DNA of 63,648 nt, the filler included, from Octopus bimaculoides (lineage: Eukaryota), in the NCBI RefSeq assembly GCF_001194135.2. It is 8 parts of 8 records of this genome, joined end to end, with 100 filler letters (N's around TTAATTAATTAA, not from the genome) between each part and the next. Parts side by side here need not be neighbours in the genome. Positions count along the whole stretch, not along the records: positions 12,381 to 28,368 come from NC_068981.1; 7 more parts are not named here. One strand, written 5' to 3'. A program made the translations under genes and the position numbers. The notes below the pieces were generated by a model, which saw only the letters and a program-made list of their open reading frames with translations, was not told the origin of the DNA and made no database searches. Below are positions 13,881 through 26,457 of this stretch, piece after piece. Positions within the stretch are counted from its first letter, which is position 1, and every line of letters begins with the position of its first letter.

Positions 13881-14439
13881 ACGCCACTTGTTAATTATTC
13901 TGGATAATTATTGTTCACTATTATAGTTTCCGTATTACTACGGTAATTCCTATCTTATTATTTACTTGTTCACTACTATAGTTTCACAAATATTACTATG
14001 AGGCCGAGGGGTTCTAATATTGTCTCCCTTGATTTCTTTAGAAAACAAAGATGGCAGATTCATGACTGTTGGTTTAGCTGCTGCTGATGCTCCGGCGTTA
14101 AATGGAGGCGCGGGCTTGTGACTACTAATACAGATGGTTTGATTGGACTGTTATTTGACGTAGCTGGCAATCTAGTAAAGGCGAGCAGGTGGGGCTTTTA
14201 AGAGTATCTTCGGCAAGTTGGGACTAGCTATCATAGCTAAGATATCGAAGTTTATAAGAAGTTTTAAGAAGCTATATTGTATTCTATCTATAAACCCTTC
14301 ATCGTATCTAAGATATAATGTCTATAAACATAACCATCTCAAAGTTTTAGTAAACTTAGAAAGTACTAGAAAAACAAAAAGCTTACTCATTTTTGCGGGG
14401 AGCTATTAAGTCACCATGACATCGTATGAATGATTTCAG

Positions 14440-15616
14440 CAGTACTGAGAACCCGCTTCAATTTACGTTGGAAAGAAAGAGAGAAAAAAGTAGACTGACA
14501 GAAAGAGCCATGGTGGAAGCAGAGAATTGACGGCCATATTCTAACTTTACGTTAAGATCTGAGCTGCATAGAAGAGTGGTCAAAATGGCAATGGAAAAGG
14601 GAAAAGAGAGTGCAAGGGCATATCTTGGCGCAAGGTACCAAATAGAAAAGAAAGGGTTCAAAACTGTCATCGAAACCCTAAAACAATGTGTGCGGGCTAT
14701 CGCAGTTCCAGCAAAACCGGTTATTCTCAAACAACCAGAGGTAGTTTCTTAAGGGCTTAGGAGGAAACACAAGGGATAAATCATCTCCTGAAGCAGAAGA
14801 AACATCTTTTGGAATAGCATCTGGAGGGGGGTGGGGCAAGAAGTTTCGCACAACCACAGAGCTAAGTGAATTCATTCTGTGAGATCCGAAGTCCATTACC
14901 CGGTGGCTCCACGACACGACCATGTGCGCATAACAACGAAAGATGTCCTTGCACAGATATCAAAATTGCCAAACAGGAAAGCAGCAGGACCAGATGGAAT
15001 TCAAAGCTACTGGATCAAGTGGTTTAGGTCAATATACAAGAGAATTGCGTTGTAATTAGACAATTGCCAACAGATCGATACAGTTCCGGAGTGGATGGTA
15101 GAAGGAAAGATCGGTCAAAGGGCAATGAGGTTGGAAATTATCGACCTATTACTTGTCTTAACCTCCTCTGAAAAGTATTAACAAGTACCCTCGGAGGGAA
15201 AATAAATACGTTCCTTGTGGAAAAGAACCTTCTGCCATTAGAACAAAAGGAATGCCGAAAAGATCCAAGGGTACCAAGGACCAGCTTGTGATAGACAAGG
15301 TTATAACGAAGAACTGTAAATGATACCAAAAAAACTTATGCATGGCCAGGATAGACTTCAAAAAGGCTAACGACATGTTGCCGCATTCGGGGATTTTGGA
15401 AACACTCGACATGTGTGGAATAACTGAGAACGTGTGCGCACTGATTAAGAACAGCATGCCTAGCTGGAAAACACATCTTTCTTGTAGCAACCAGCACTTA
15501 GCCGAGGTAACAATCAAAAGAGGTATCTTTCAAGGAGACCTTGTTTACCTCTGTTATTTGTTACAGCCTTGATCCCACTTTCTGTCGTTCTACGTAAAAT
15601 CAACGTGCACTATGAG
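14440..15616 (+). mobile_element. Degenerate R4/Dong-like reverse transcriptase fragment
   Basis: LPNRKAAGPDGIQSYWIKWF, NYRPITCL, GTKDQLVIDK, IDFKKANDMLPHS, KRGIFQGD, LNHLLFMDDLKL across frameshifts; ends at a SINE. Confidence 0.9.
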
Positions 15617-16374
15617 CTGAGAAAGAACGGACCTCATCTCAACCATCTTCTCTTCATGGATGATTTAAAATTGTTACGGGGTCGATAAATTAAGTACCAG
15701 TTACGCACTGGGATCGATGTAATCGACTTAATCCCTTTGTCTGTCCTTGTTTGTCCCCTCTATGTTTAGCCCCTTGTGGGCAATAAAGAAATAAGTAATA
15801 ACTGTTTCAAATTTTAGAACAAGGTCAGCAATTTCTGGAGAGATGTTAAGTCAATTACATCGATCCCAGAGCTTAACTGGTACTTATTCTATTGACCCCG
15901 AAAGGATGAAAGGTAAAGTCGACCTCGGTAGAATTTGAACTCAGAACGTAAAGCCGGACGACGAAATGCTGCCAAGCATTTTGCCCCGTGTGCTAACAAT
16001 TCTGCCAGCTCGCTGCCTTAGCACTAAAAATAACAATGATTTCTATCTTAGATACAAAATCACATATTCTAGGCTTTTGGGGAGAAGTTTAATCGATTAT
16101 CTCAAACGCAGTTATATTTGGTTATTATTCATTTTATCGACAATGAAAGGTAAAGTTGACCTCAGTGGGAGTTGAACCTACAACGCAGATGAATGTAAAA
16201 TGCTGCTTTTAACAATATGCGTTCGAGCATGGCGCTTTTAACAACATATAATCAAGATCTCCAGCATAATAATTTCTAATTTAAGCACACGGTCAGCAGA
16301 TTTGAAAGGAGAAGTGGGCTTAGTCAACACTACCTACTTCAGCACTTGCGAATACAAAGTTCCTACCAGAGTTT

Positions 16375-16974
16375 CATAGACTTATGGGGCTGGTTTCCGG
16401 GGTTCTCAGGTCCTCCCTAGACGGAATGCCTATTCACCGCAGGATTATTCGATTTTGCCAGCTGAGTGGACTGGAGCAACGTGAAATGAAGTGTCTTGCT
16501 GAAGAACACAACGCATCGCTTGGTTCAGAAATCGAAGCCACAATCTCGCGATCATGAGTCCTGTTGGCACTCCGTCGCTTACGACGTCGAGGGTTCCAGT
16601 TGATCCGATCAACGGAACAGCCTGCCCGTGAAATTAACGTGCAAATGGTTGAGCACTCCACAGACACGTGTACCCTTAACGTAGTTCTCGGGGATATTCA
16701 GCGTGACACAGTGTGACCCTTTGAATTACAGGCAAAACAGAAACAGGAAGTAAGAGTGAGAGAAAGTTGTGGTGAAAGCGAACAGCAGGGTTCGCCACCA
16801 TCCCCTGCCGGAGCCTCGTGGAGCTTTAGGTGTTTTCGCTCAATAAACACTCAACGCCCGGTCTGGGAATCGAAACCGCGATCCTATGACCGCGAGTCCG
16901 CTGCTCTAACCACTGGGTCATTGCGCCTTCGATCATGAGTCCTACACCCTACCCTTTAAGCCACGCGTTTCCAC
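16375..16974 (-). mobile_element. Host tRNA-derived SINE (family D) split by the family C insertion
   Basis: Joining the two halves restores gtggaaacgcgtggctt...gtgtaggactcatgatcgcgagattgtggcttcgatt...gtgttcttcagcaagacactt. Confidence 0.75.
16563..16929 (-). mobile_element. tRNA-derived SINE (family C) inserted in another SINE, with a 14-bp TSD
   Basis: TSD cgatcatgagtcct at 16549-16562 and 16930-16943. Head (reverse complement) ggcgcaatgacccagtggttagagcagcggactcgcggtcataggatcgcggtttcgattccc contains A- and B-box-like motifs. Confidence 0.9.
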
Positions 16975-17910
16975 TTCAGCAATTGACCTGTACTTTATTT
17001 TACCAACTTCTAAAATTTGACCTCAGAGTACTGTAAAGAACCGCAATAAACACTGCAAAGCATTTTGTTGACGCTCTCACAATTTGGCGAATCCACCCAC
17101 TTTGTTATAAAAGTAGATAGATTAAATTATCAAATAAAGAGGATATTTGTAAAACAGAGAATTTCCACTGATAGTACTAGTTATAATGTTTATGGTTGAT
17201 GCCAAAGATCTTAAAGTAATTCCAGCTCCTAGCAAATTATTGTAAGAGGACAAGTTTCGATTTTCGGCTGATGAAAATTTACTTAACTTCTGCTTATGTT
17301 TTAAAAAACAAAAGCCTCAGTGTTACAAACTCTCATTTCGCCCCTAAATAGAGTTCAAACTTAGTTTATTACCATTACAAATACACATTCACACGCACAC
17401 ACATTTACACTCACTCTTACTCATACACACATACGCACACATACACACACTGTAGTAGATCGCCTCCTAAGTAGAAGGAAGATAAACAATTGCAGTAGTA
17501 ATATCAATTAACATGTAACAATTAACTTACAATAACATAGTTACATTGACAAATATAAACAGACACACACACTCACACGGACATATATACGCGCGCACAC
17601 ATACACATACACATACGCACCCACAAACCAGTAATTGCCATTAATAGCTGAAAGGGATATTTAACTGTGATTGTTCAGTAGAAAAACAAAACAAATGTGT
17701 TCCCCAGAAATGCCAGTGTAAAAAACATTTAACTACAAATCAAAGCTTAACGCTCGACCAACTAGAAAAGGCAACCAAATTTCCCTCAAATCACCCGCTA
17801 CCATCTTTACAAAGGAAAGAACACATCGGATGATGCAATCCGGGATACTCTTAAAAAAACGTGATGATTACGGCTTGAAGGTTTTTATCACAGGTTTACT
17901 CGATGTCATT

Positions 17911-18292
17911 GTGGAGGTGCAATGGTCCAGTGGTTAGGGCAGCGGACTCGCGGTCATAGGATCGCGGTTTCGATTCCCAGACCGGGTGTTGAGTTTTTAT
18001 TGAGCGAAAACACCTAAAGCTCCACGAGGCTTCGGCAGGGGATGGTGACGACCCTGCTGTGCCCTTTCACCACAACTTTCTCTCACTCTTACTTCTTGTT
18101 TCTGTTGTGCCTGTAATTCAAAGGGTCAGCCTTGTCACACTGTGTCACGCTGAATATCTCCGAGAACTACGTTAAGGGTACACGTGTCTGTGGAGTGCTC
18201 AGCCACTTGCACGTTAATTTCACGAGCAGGCTGTTCCGTTGATCGGATGAACTGGAAACCTCGACGTCGTAAGCGACGGAGTGCCAATAACA
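17911..18292 (+). mobile_element. Full-length SINE family C copy
   Basis: High identity to the reverse complement of 16563-16929; tRNA-like head. Confidence 0.9.
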
Positions 18293-18859
18293 CCATACAA
18301 GAATAAAAATAACGAACTCAACCGACACTTTAAGTAAACAACACGTGGACGAGCATGTGATTACAGCGTCATGATGTTGTTTATACACTGCTCTCCCGGC
18401 GTCCCCTGTAAAATTGATTCACTGAATGGAGAGAGCCGCTAATTTAATTCCTAATCATCCATAGCACAATCTACAGAGCATTCCAGTCAACTATGATACA
18501 AATGCTATATTATATTGATTTCAAATTTTGGCACAAGCCAGCAAGTTCGAGGCAGGTGGTAAGTCGATTACATCGACTCCAATGGCCCCGAAAAGATGAA
18601 ACGCAAAGTCGACTTCGGTGGTTTTTGAATTCAGATCGTAAAGCTGGACGAAATCCGCTAAGCATTTTGTCCGGCGTGCTAACGATTCTTCCATTTCGCC
18701 GCCTGTGAGCTATATTATATTGCAGTATAATAGCTCATGATTAGCAGAACTGGTAGAGTATTCAATGGAATGTCTTGCATACCTGGTTACGTTACTTTAC
18801 GTTTTGAATTTGCATCTCAACAAGGTCGACTTCTTACGACACAGCCACGCCTGCGCCTA

Positions 18860-19150
18860 TTCCCGTAGATATTTTCATGGGTGTGATGAACAGTGAGCGA
18901 GGTGTTCAATTGTTCGACAAGCTCAGGGATTATGAATCATCTGTCCACGCGAATTAATTCGTCCACTCGCTGGCGATTCATGTCAATGGTCACTGTTGAT
19001 GGTCTTCCACTACATGGTTTGTCTTCAGTACTGGTTTCCTCTTTACATTTTTTTCACCATTTATACGCATTTCTCTTGTCAAAGTTTTCTTCTCTGTAGA
19101 CAACTTGCACCTCTCCTTCGGCATTTTGCTTCCGCTTAGAACCCATTATT
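18860..19150 (-). mobile_element. Decayed mariner-like transposase N-terminal (HTH) fragment
   Basis: Minus-strand translation with stops: VYREENFDKRNAYKW...STEDKPCSGRPSTVTIDMNRQRVDELIRVDR, matching the mariner 'D..RSGRP' HTH pattern. Confidence 0.65.
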
Positions 19151-20730
19151 TTCTTGCACTGACGAATAGGAAGAAATATGTATTAACATTTTATACTAAA
19201 AAAAAAAAAAAAATACCGAGTATGACTTAAGTAAACTAAATTCTCGTGTTTTGCAGTTCTATTATAATCTGATATTTCGGACTTAAAATAATCGGAGCTC
19301 TCTATATATTCAAATGTACATTTAAAATTTATGACTAGTTTACGAATATTTCACACCAGTGTTACTACCACCACCACCACCACCATAACCACAACGACTA
19401 ATACTAAACAAGCAATAGCTACCAACATCACTAACCAGCACCATCACCATGATTATTATCACCACCATCTTCTCTGACCCCTGCCATTTACTATTATCAA
19501 GACCAACGTTGCCAACGCCACCACTTAGTTCACATTACTTACTTTAGCGTCACAGGTATGACACATCGTTGCGTTGTCACAAAGTGCATTAACATTGGTT
19601 TCTAATTGTGACACAAAGCCAGCAGTTTCAGGGAAGAAGACAAGTCGATTACATCGCCCCCCCCCCNNNNNNNNNNNNNNNNNNNNNNNNNNNNNNNNNN
19701 NNNNNNNNNNNNNNNNNNNNNNNNNNNNNNNNNNNNNNNNNNNNNNNNNNNNNNNNNNNNNNNNNNNNNNNNNNNNNNNNNNNNNNNNNNNNNNNNNNNN
19801 NNNNNNNNNNNNNNNNNNNNNNNNNNNNNNNNNNNNNNNNNNNNNNNNNNNNNNNNNNNNNNNNNNNNNNNNNNNNNNNNNNNNNNNNNNNNNNTCGGAA
19901 TCGATAAAACAAGTACTAGTGAGTACTGGGATCGATGTAGCCAAATTACTCCTTTCCCACAAAATTGCTGGCCTCGTACCAAAATAAGAAACCAATATTA
20001 AGAGTGAACAAAAGGGCGATGATCTTGCAGGATCGTTATCGCGTCAGACAAAATAAAATACCAAGCAACATTTCTTCTGACTTTACGTTCTGAGTTCAAA
20101 TGCCGCCGGGGTCGACTTTGCCTTTCACCCTTTCGGAATCGATAAAACAAGTACTAGTGAGTACTGGGATCGATGTAGCCAAATTACTCCTTTCCCACAA
20201 AATTGCTGGCCTCGTACCAAAATAAGAAACCAATATTAAGAGTGAATCCCATTATAAGTTTGGTTCAGATAATTCCACTTTAGAATTTGTCCTTACTTAA
20301 CGTTCCCTAAAGTGGGGCAAAATTTAAATTAAGCCTTGTAGACTAACGCAACTCTTGTTAATTTATACAGTTCTCTGCTCTTCTAGGCCTATTCCTATCT
20401 AAGTAAAACAAGTTTGCGAGAATTGAATATTTTAACCGTGGATAAAGGAGGCCTTATTGTATGGTATCGATATAAAAGAACTGGGATTATTATATTTAGC
20501 TCATTATCGCTACTCTGTTTATTCATGTACTTGGTCAGTTAGTAGCCTAATAAACTATTTCTCCTATTGCAACTTACCTTTTATGAAGCAAAATCACTTT
20601 TGTCCTTCTTTAGAAGGTTCTTGACAAACATTGTTTTTGCAGTTGTTTTTAATTTTTTCTTTTCCTTAACAAATTCTAATAAACGAAATGTTCATTATTA
20701 TTCTCACATAGATCTCTCGGTGCTACTTTG

Positions 20731-21074
20731 CTATGCGATTTACGTTGCCAATGTGATCTACAAGAGTCAAATTCTACTTTAGTATGTGATCTACATGTTT
20801 CATTTATTTATTATGAGTTAAATAAAACATTCTTATATTTTTATACATTTATTTTTAAAAATTAAAATGAAGCAGATTTGAAACAAGTTTACTAATTTTA
20901 TGGGCGAATCGAAGGAACACCAGCTAAATCTGCTTCATTTTAATTTTTTTAAAGAAATGTATAAAAATATAAGAATGTTTTATTTAACTCATAATAAATA
21001 AATGAAACATGTAGATCACATACTAAAGTAGAATTTGACTCTTGTAGATCACATTGGCAACGTAAATCGCATAG
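20731..21074. repeat. Near-perfect 149-bp inverted repeat with a 46-bp spacer
   Basis: Arms 20731-20879 and 20926-21074 are reverse complements apart from small differences in an A/T run. Confidence 0.92.
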
Positions 21075-22199
21075 ATGACTAAAATTTATATACATTTTAT
21101 GCATTTATTATTAAAAAGAAATTAGAATGAAACAAATTTGAAACAAGTTTATTAATTGCATCGTCAGTACATTTATTATTAAAATTTATTATTTAATACA
21201 TTTATTATTAAAAAGACATTCGAAACCGATACAGGTGTTTTCCTTGTCTTGATAAGTATAAATTTTCTTGTTGTAGATCACAATATAAAGTGTAGATCAC
21301 ATACCAAAGCAATTTCATGGCACGTAGATCGTATATCAAAGTAGTACCGATCTCTCTCTGCACAAAAATATTATATTCATATGTGTAGTATGATTCGTAC
21401 ATGTTTTACAGGTTTGAAAGTAAAGAGTAAAAAAAAGAAAATACAAATAATGTTGGTCATAATAGAGTCGTATGCAGAAAAAAGATCACTTGCAAACATA
21501 AGGATTGAATTTTAGTAACATTCGTTGTCTATTTTGTTTTATTATTTTAATGCTGTCAAGTATTAACTTACAGATTTATTGCTCACAACATTGCTTTCTT
21601 ACTTAGGAACAAAACATCATATTTCGAGAGAAGAATAGGCATTTGAGTTAATTTATACTTACTTGGGGGTACAACTAGCGTTTCCATTTGTCTATTTATT
21701 GCTTTGAATTTAATTATTTTTGTGCAAGTTCAAAGCTGTAAACTGATAAGTAACATTATAGTTGTCGAATTTTAAATTTATATATTGTAATGCGTTGGCT
21801 AACTTCAAGCATGTTTTTACTGTAGTTACTACTACGGAGCTGTTACGTATGCCTAGTAGCAAAAGATAACAGAAGCCACGCGCGCGCGTGAAAAACATAG
21901 CCAGTGACTTGTGACTGAAAGGGTCGACTTTTTGCTGGTTAACAGTTAGGCGTAAGTGCTTTCAGATTCACAGCTCTCCATGAGATGGATTTCTTTTAGT
22001 TTTTCACTGATATATTGAGAAACTTGGGTTCCGCGCACGCTTAAGTAAATGTATTTACTGCTCAGTCTTACTAAATTTATGCATACATGAGTCCGATCCT
22101 TCCCTGCAGTTCAAGGCGAAGCTCTGTTTCTTTATTTTGTCAGAAGTCTATAACCTCTGCGTGTCTGGCTAGGAATCTGTTTTTTTATTACCCATGAGG

Positions 22200-22650
22200 T
22201 GGCAAAACAAAACATGTGGGACATAAAACATATATAAAAAATAGAAATGAATGTTATAATGTATGAAGACATGAAAATGATAGAATGGAAATGGAACCAC
22301 TCGCCCCACTTACGAGTGGCCTCATTTTCTACTTTTTAAGTCCTTAACCTTCTAACACATCGATACCTGTTTCTTCTAACCACCCATCGTATATTGTAAA
22401 GCCTGGGAATGAACTCCAGCTGCAGTCCACCTCCCAATAACAAAATCCAACCATAAACTCTTGTATTTTTGCCTTTTGCTTCTTATCTGGTATTCCACAT
22501 AAGTGATGTTCCTCAACGTTATCAAACCCCGCAGTTCCAATACACTTTATGTTCAATTCCACCGTATCCCTTAACAGTTCGTCGCTAAGCAACATATATA
22601 TTCTATGCTTTTTCCTTCTCTTTTTTGACTTGGGGAAGGGGTTTGGGGTT
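22200..22650 (-). mobile_element. Probable decayed L1/Tx1-like LINE 3' end
   Basis: One frame reads REGKSIEYICCLA...EYQIRSKRQK...FVIGRWTAA with stops, resembling Tx1-type ORF2 C-termini; followed by a short hairpin and an A-rich end (gggtaataaaaaaa). Confidence 0.4.
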
Positions 22651-23676
22651 TCTTTGTATGTGTTTTAGTCGAAGAAATCGACCTCAGAACTTATTCTTTG
22701 TAAGCCTTATATTATATTCCTTATATTCTTTGTAAGCCTTATATTAACAGTCTCTTTTGCCAAACCACTAAGTTACGGAGACATAAACACATCAACATCG
22801 GTTGTCAAGCGATGGTGGGGGACAAACACAGACAGAAAAACACACACACATAAATACACGCACACACACGCACATACATATGGTGGGCTCCTTTCATTTT
22901 CTGTCTACCAAATCCACTCACAAGACATTGGTCATCTCGTGCCACGCAGTGGGACAGAACCCGGAACCATATGGTTGGGAAGCAAACTTTGCGCGCGCGC
23001 GCATTATCTGTGTCAGTCCTTTACAACTGGTGTTAGTGTGTTTACGTCTCCATAAGTTAGCGGCTTGGCAAAAGTGATCAGAAGAATAAGTGCTAGGCTC
23101 GCAAAAAAATAAGTAGTAGGCTCGATTCATTCGACTAAAAATTCTTCAAGGTGGTGCCCCAGCATGGCCGTGGTCTAGTGACTGAAGCAAGTAAAAGAAG
23201 AAAGATATTAACAGGAAGCTGTCTAATGATTTATTCTTTGATCTGATGCGATGTTGGCTGAATGACATGTTTCTAATGTATTGCTTTGGTTAGACAATAC
23301 GTATCGCCTCTCTGCTTGAGACAGCTTCTTAATCGATTTACAGCATGTTCTTTGCAATTTCCGAGCTGGCAGATACGTTAGCACACCGGGCGAAATGTTT
23401 ACCGGTATTTCGTATGTCTTTATGTTCTGAGTTCAGATTCCGCCGAGGTCGACTTTGCCTTTCATCTTTTCGAGGTCGATAAATTAAGTACCAGTTGCTT
23501 ACTGGGGTCGATCTAATTCCCCAAAATTTCGAGCCTTGTGCCTAGAGTAGAAAAGAATATGGCAGGCTGAAATGGATCCTTATTTCTATTGTCTTTGTAA
23601 TATCGTTCCAACATTTTTACATTCTCTATTATTCTTTGCTGCTCTCTCTGCCTTTGATACGCCTTTCTAACGTCAG

Positions 23677-23789
23677 TATTAGGTATTCTGTGTGGTCTGT
23701 GTATTTTTGTACCTCCTGTGATACACACTCGTTTTGCAAATGGTGGTCCATTGCCTCTAGCTGACATTTCTCCGAAGTTTTCTTGTAAG
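23677..23789 (+). CDS. Candidate exon, hydrophobic N-part (LGILCGLCIFVPPVIHTRFANGGPLPLADISPKFSCK); product unknown
   Basis: Pyrimidine tract and CTAAC followed by tcag| (alternative tattag|, start 23683); perfect donor AAG|gtaagc. The antisense frame is also open (ORF 23513-23797). No family recognised. Confidence 0.25.
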
Positions 23790-25844
23790 GTAAGCAAAAA
23801 ATAAACCCAAATGATGAAGAGCTATGAACTCAAAAGCGCTTACGGTAGCCGTAAGCACTTAAGCTGTAAATCTTAAACCAGCAACAAGTCTTCCAGTCAA
23901 CAGCTATTTGTAATGTTAATTTTTTACTGACATACTATTTCATACACGTGCAAACGCTCACACATGAAAACACACTCACGCCTTCGCGCGCATGCACCCA
24001 CGCACAAACATAGACATACAGATATTATATTTCATCGTCATGTACTTATGGCACTTATTCTATCAGTTCCTTTGCCGAGACACTGAACTACGGGGACATA
24101 AACCAACATTGATAGTCGAACGGTGGTGGGGGACTGATACACACGCTCACGCGCGCGCACTTATATGCTCACATGTACACACTATACACACACACACTCA
24201 CACGCTCACACACACACAAATACACACATATACGTGACGCTATTCCACGCAGTTTCCGTTTACCTAATTCATTCACAAGGCATTAATTGGTCCAGGGGTA
24301 CAGTAGAAGACACTTGCCCAAGATGCAGTGCAGCGGGACTGAACTCGAAAGCACATAGCTCCAAAGGGAGCTTCTTAGCATACATACACGTGTACACATA
24401 CACACGTATGTGTGTGCGCGTGTGTTGGCGTGTGTATTCATATATTAATATTTCAAATATTAATATATAAACAACTACAATGTTCACATTTCCGATCTGG
24501 AGGATACGCAATATGAACATAGTAGCTATAATTTATAAATTTGAGTTCCAAAATATATGTTTGTATATATAATAATTAACGCAAATAAGAGAAATGGGAG
24601 ATGATATGTGTATTTCGTCTGTTGACAGCTGTTTCGTAATCTGTATCCAGTTACATCTGTGACACTAAATCGTCCAAAACATATAAATGTACCCGTAGAC
24701 GCACATATATTAAAATATAATTGTGCTGTAACGTAATGAATCAGATTGCTCATCTGGATTTAAAGTGATTAAATCCAGATGGAATAACCATAAAACAGCA
24801 TTAGAAATAGGCGTAAGTCTAATTTTACATCTTTAACTAATTTCCTATGAATACCTGTTGACAAAAATATTGAGTATGAGATCGTTCGATCAATTATACA
24901 CATAGCATAACCATACAGGAGTTGCAATCATAAATGCAATTTGTGCAAATCTGAAACTTATTAATACATTAGGGGTAAATCAAATATGATTAACCAACGA
25001 AATGAGATAATTATACTATGTCCTCATATGTACCGCGTTCCCTCCAATATAATCCGGAAAATTAACCTATTAGCTTTAATTGGAAGGTACTACTGCTAGT
25101 CGACTATAAGAAGTTTAACCCCTTCTAGATAATAGCGTTTCAACTTTCCTACCGTCCAACATGTTTATCCTAATTCTCCGGCCCTCTTTGTTTGTAAAAA
25201 TCTCAAAATACGTAACACGTAATATTAGCTCTCATAAATCTTAAGTCACATATTCAATGTACTTATTATCCTAATTACGTTGCATGTGATATCAGTTTTA
25301 CTATAGTGTCATTATGTCCTACTTAAGTACATCCTTTATTTGTAACTTTTTTACCATTGGCCACGCTATTTTTGTTGATTCTATTAACTATATAATTATC
25401 TAGTACCTACTTGAATTCGCGTACCTAAAACGGGGGTCCTACTTTTAGAATAAAAAAGCTAAATCCATTAGTTGATTTATCTTGAAATATTTAGGTTGTT
25501 GTGTGACATTATTGTGATTATTTCTGACTCATACCTTTATATAGACGATAGACTCGAACATAATTGTATGTTACGCTTGTATCCACCTGTTATGGTGAAA
25601 CTGGAACCGACAACCTGACCTTAATTCGGTTGATCTTCCTTGAGCATTACATGTGAGAACCATATTTCATCTAAAATATCAGTTTTTGTGTAATTGTATG
25701 CTATACCTATATTCACTCAATATGGTCGTACTGGCACTGATTACTCAGCCTCAGTCCCGTATGTTTTTGGTTTATTAAGTCTTATATTATTATTAATAAG
25801 CACATATATTGAATACGACCATGATAATAATAATAATAATAATA

Positions 25845-26398
25845 AATACCCTGATGCAGAACCAGGCAGTGACTCTCATGGCTTCTGATCTTAACTGATT
25901 GGAAGTACTACCATGTACATTGTTTTGTCTTGGTATAAATGATGGCCTACGGCAAATATTCTGCTCAGTACAACAGATTTGCTTGTCATTTGCTTGACAT
26001 TAACCAGTTGAGCATGTCTCTTAGTGGTTGATGATATGCGCATCTCTGATCACGAGCAGAAGTAGTGGGGAAGCTTCATAGTCATGTGTTGAGAGGAATT
26101 CTTTGGGGTTTGAATAATTCACTTCTGAAAACATGGGTGTTTCGTTCAACATCCTTAAACAACCTTTATTCAAGGACTTTTTGATCGGGATGGGCTAATC
26201 GACCTGAAGAAAACTCTAACTGGGCCTCATCTACAGGGTCATGCACTGTTTATCTTGATATGAAATCACCATCTGGAGCACATATGATTTTGATGTATGA
26301 GCCTGGTGTACTCTTATCAGACGGGTAGTCGTGATGGGTATACTGAGCTTCGTATATACCCCAGTGTCATTTTGACGACATGTACGGCTCTGTCACTC
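25845..26398 (+). repeat. Probable non-autonomous retroposon with a 3' stem-loop, between (AAT)n arrays
   Basis: No ORF; ends with gggtata-(loop)-tataccc followed by (AAT)n; (AAT)n also at the 5' side. Only one copy in the window, so repeat status is inferred. Confidence 0.45.
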
Positions 26399-26434
<36 letters not shown>

Positions 26435-26457
26435 CATAATAATAATAATAATAATCA

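Noticed and set aside
17911-17990. tRNA-like sequences as tRNA genes
   Set aside because: They are SINE heads continuous with SINE bodies, without a complete acceptor stem.
19895-20246. Exact 114-bp direct duplication (19895-20008 and 20133-20246)
   Set aside because: Starts exactly at a gap edge and is 100% identical; most likely an assembly overlap or haplotype artefact.
22344-22595. 83-aa protein-looking minus-strand ORF
   Set aside because: Purine-rich upstream sequence gives no acceptor; another frame resembles a decayed Tx1/L1 C-terminus followed by an A-rich end.
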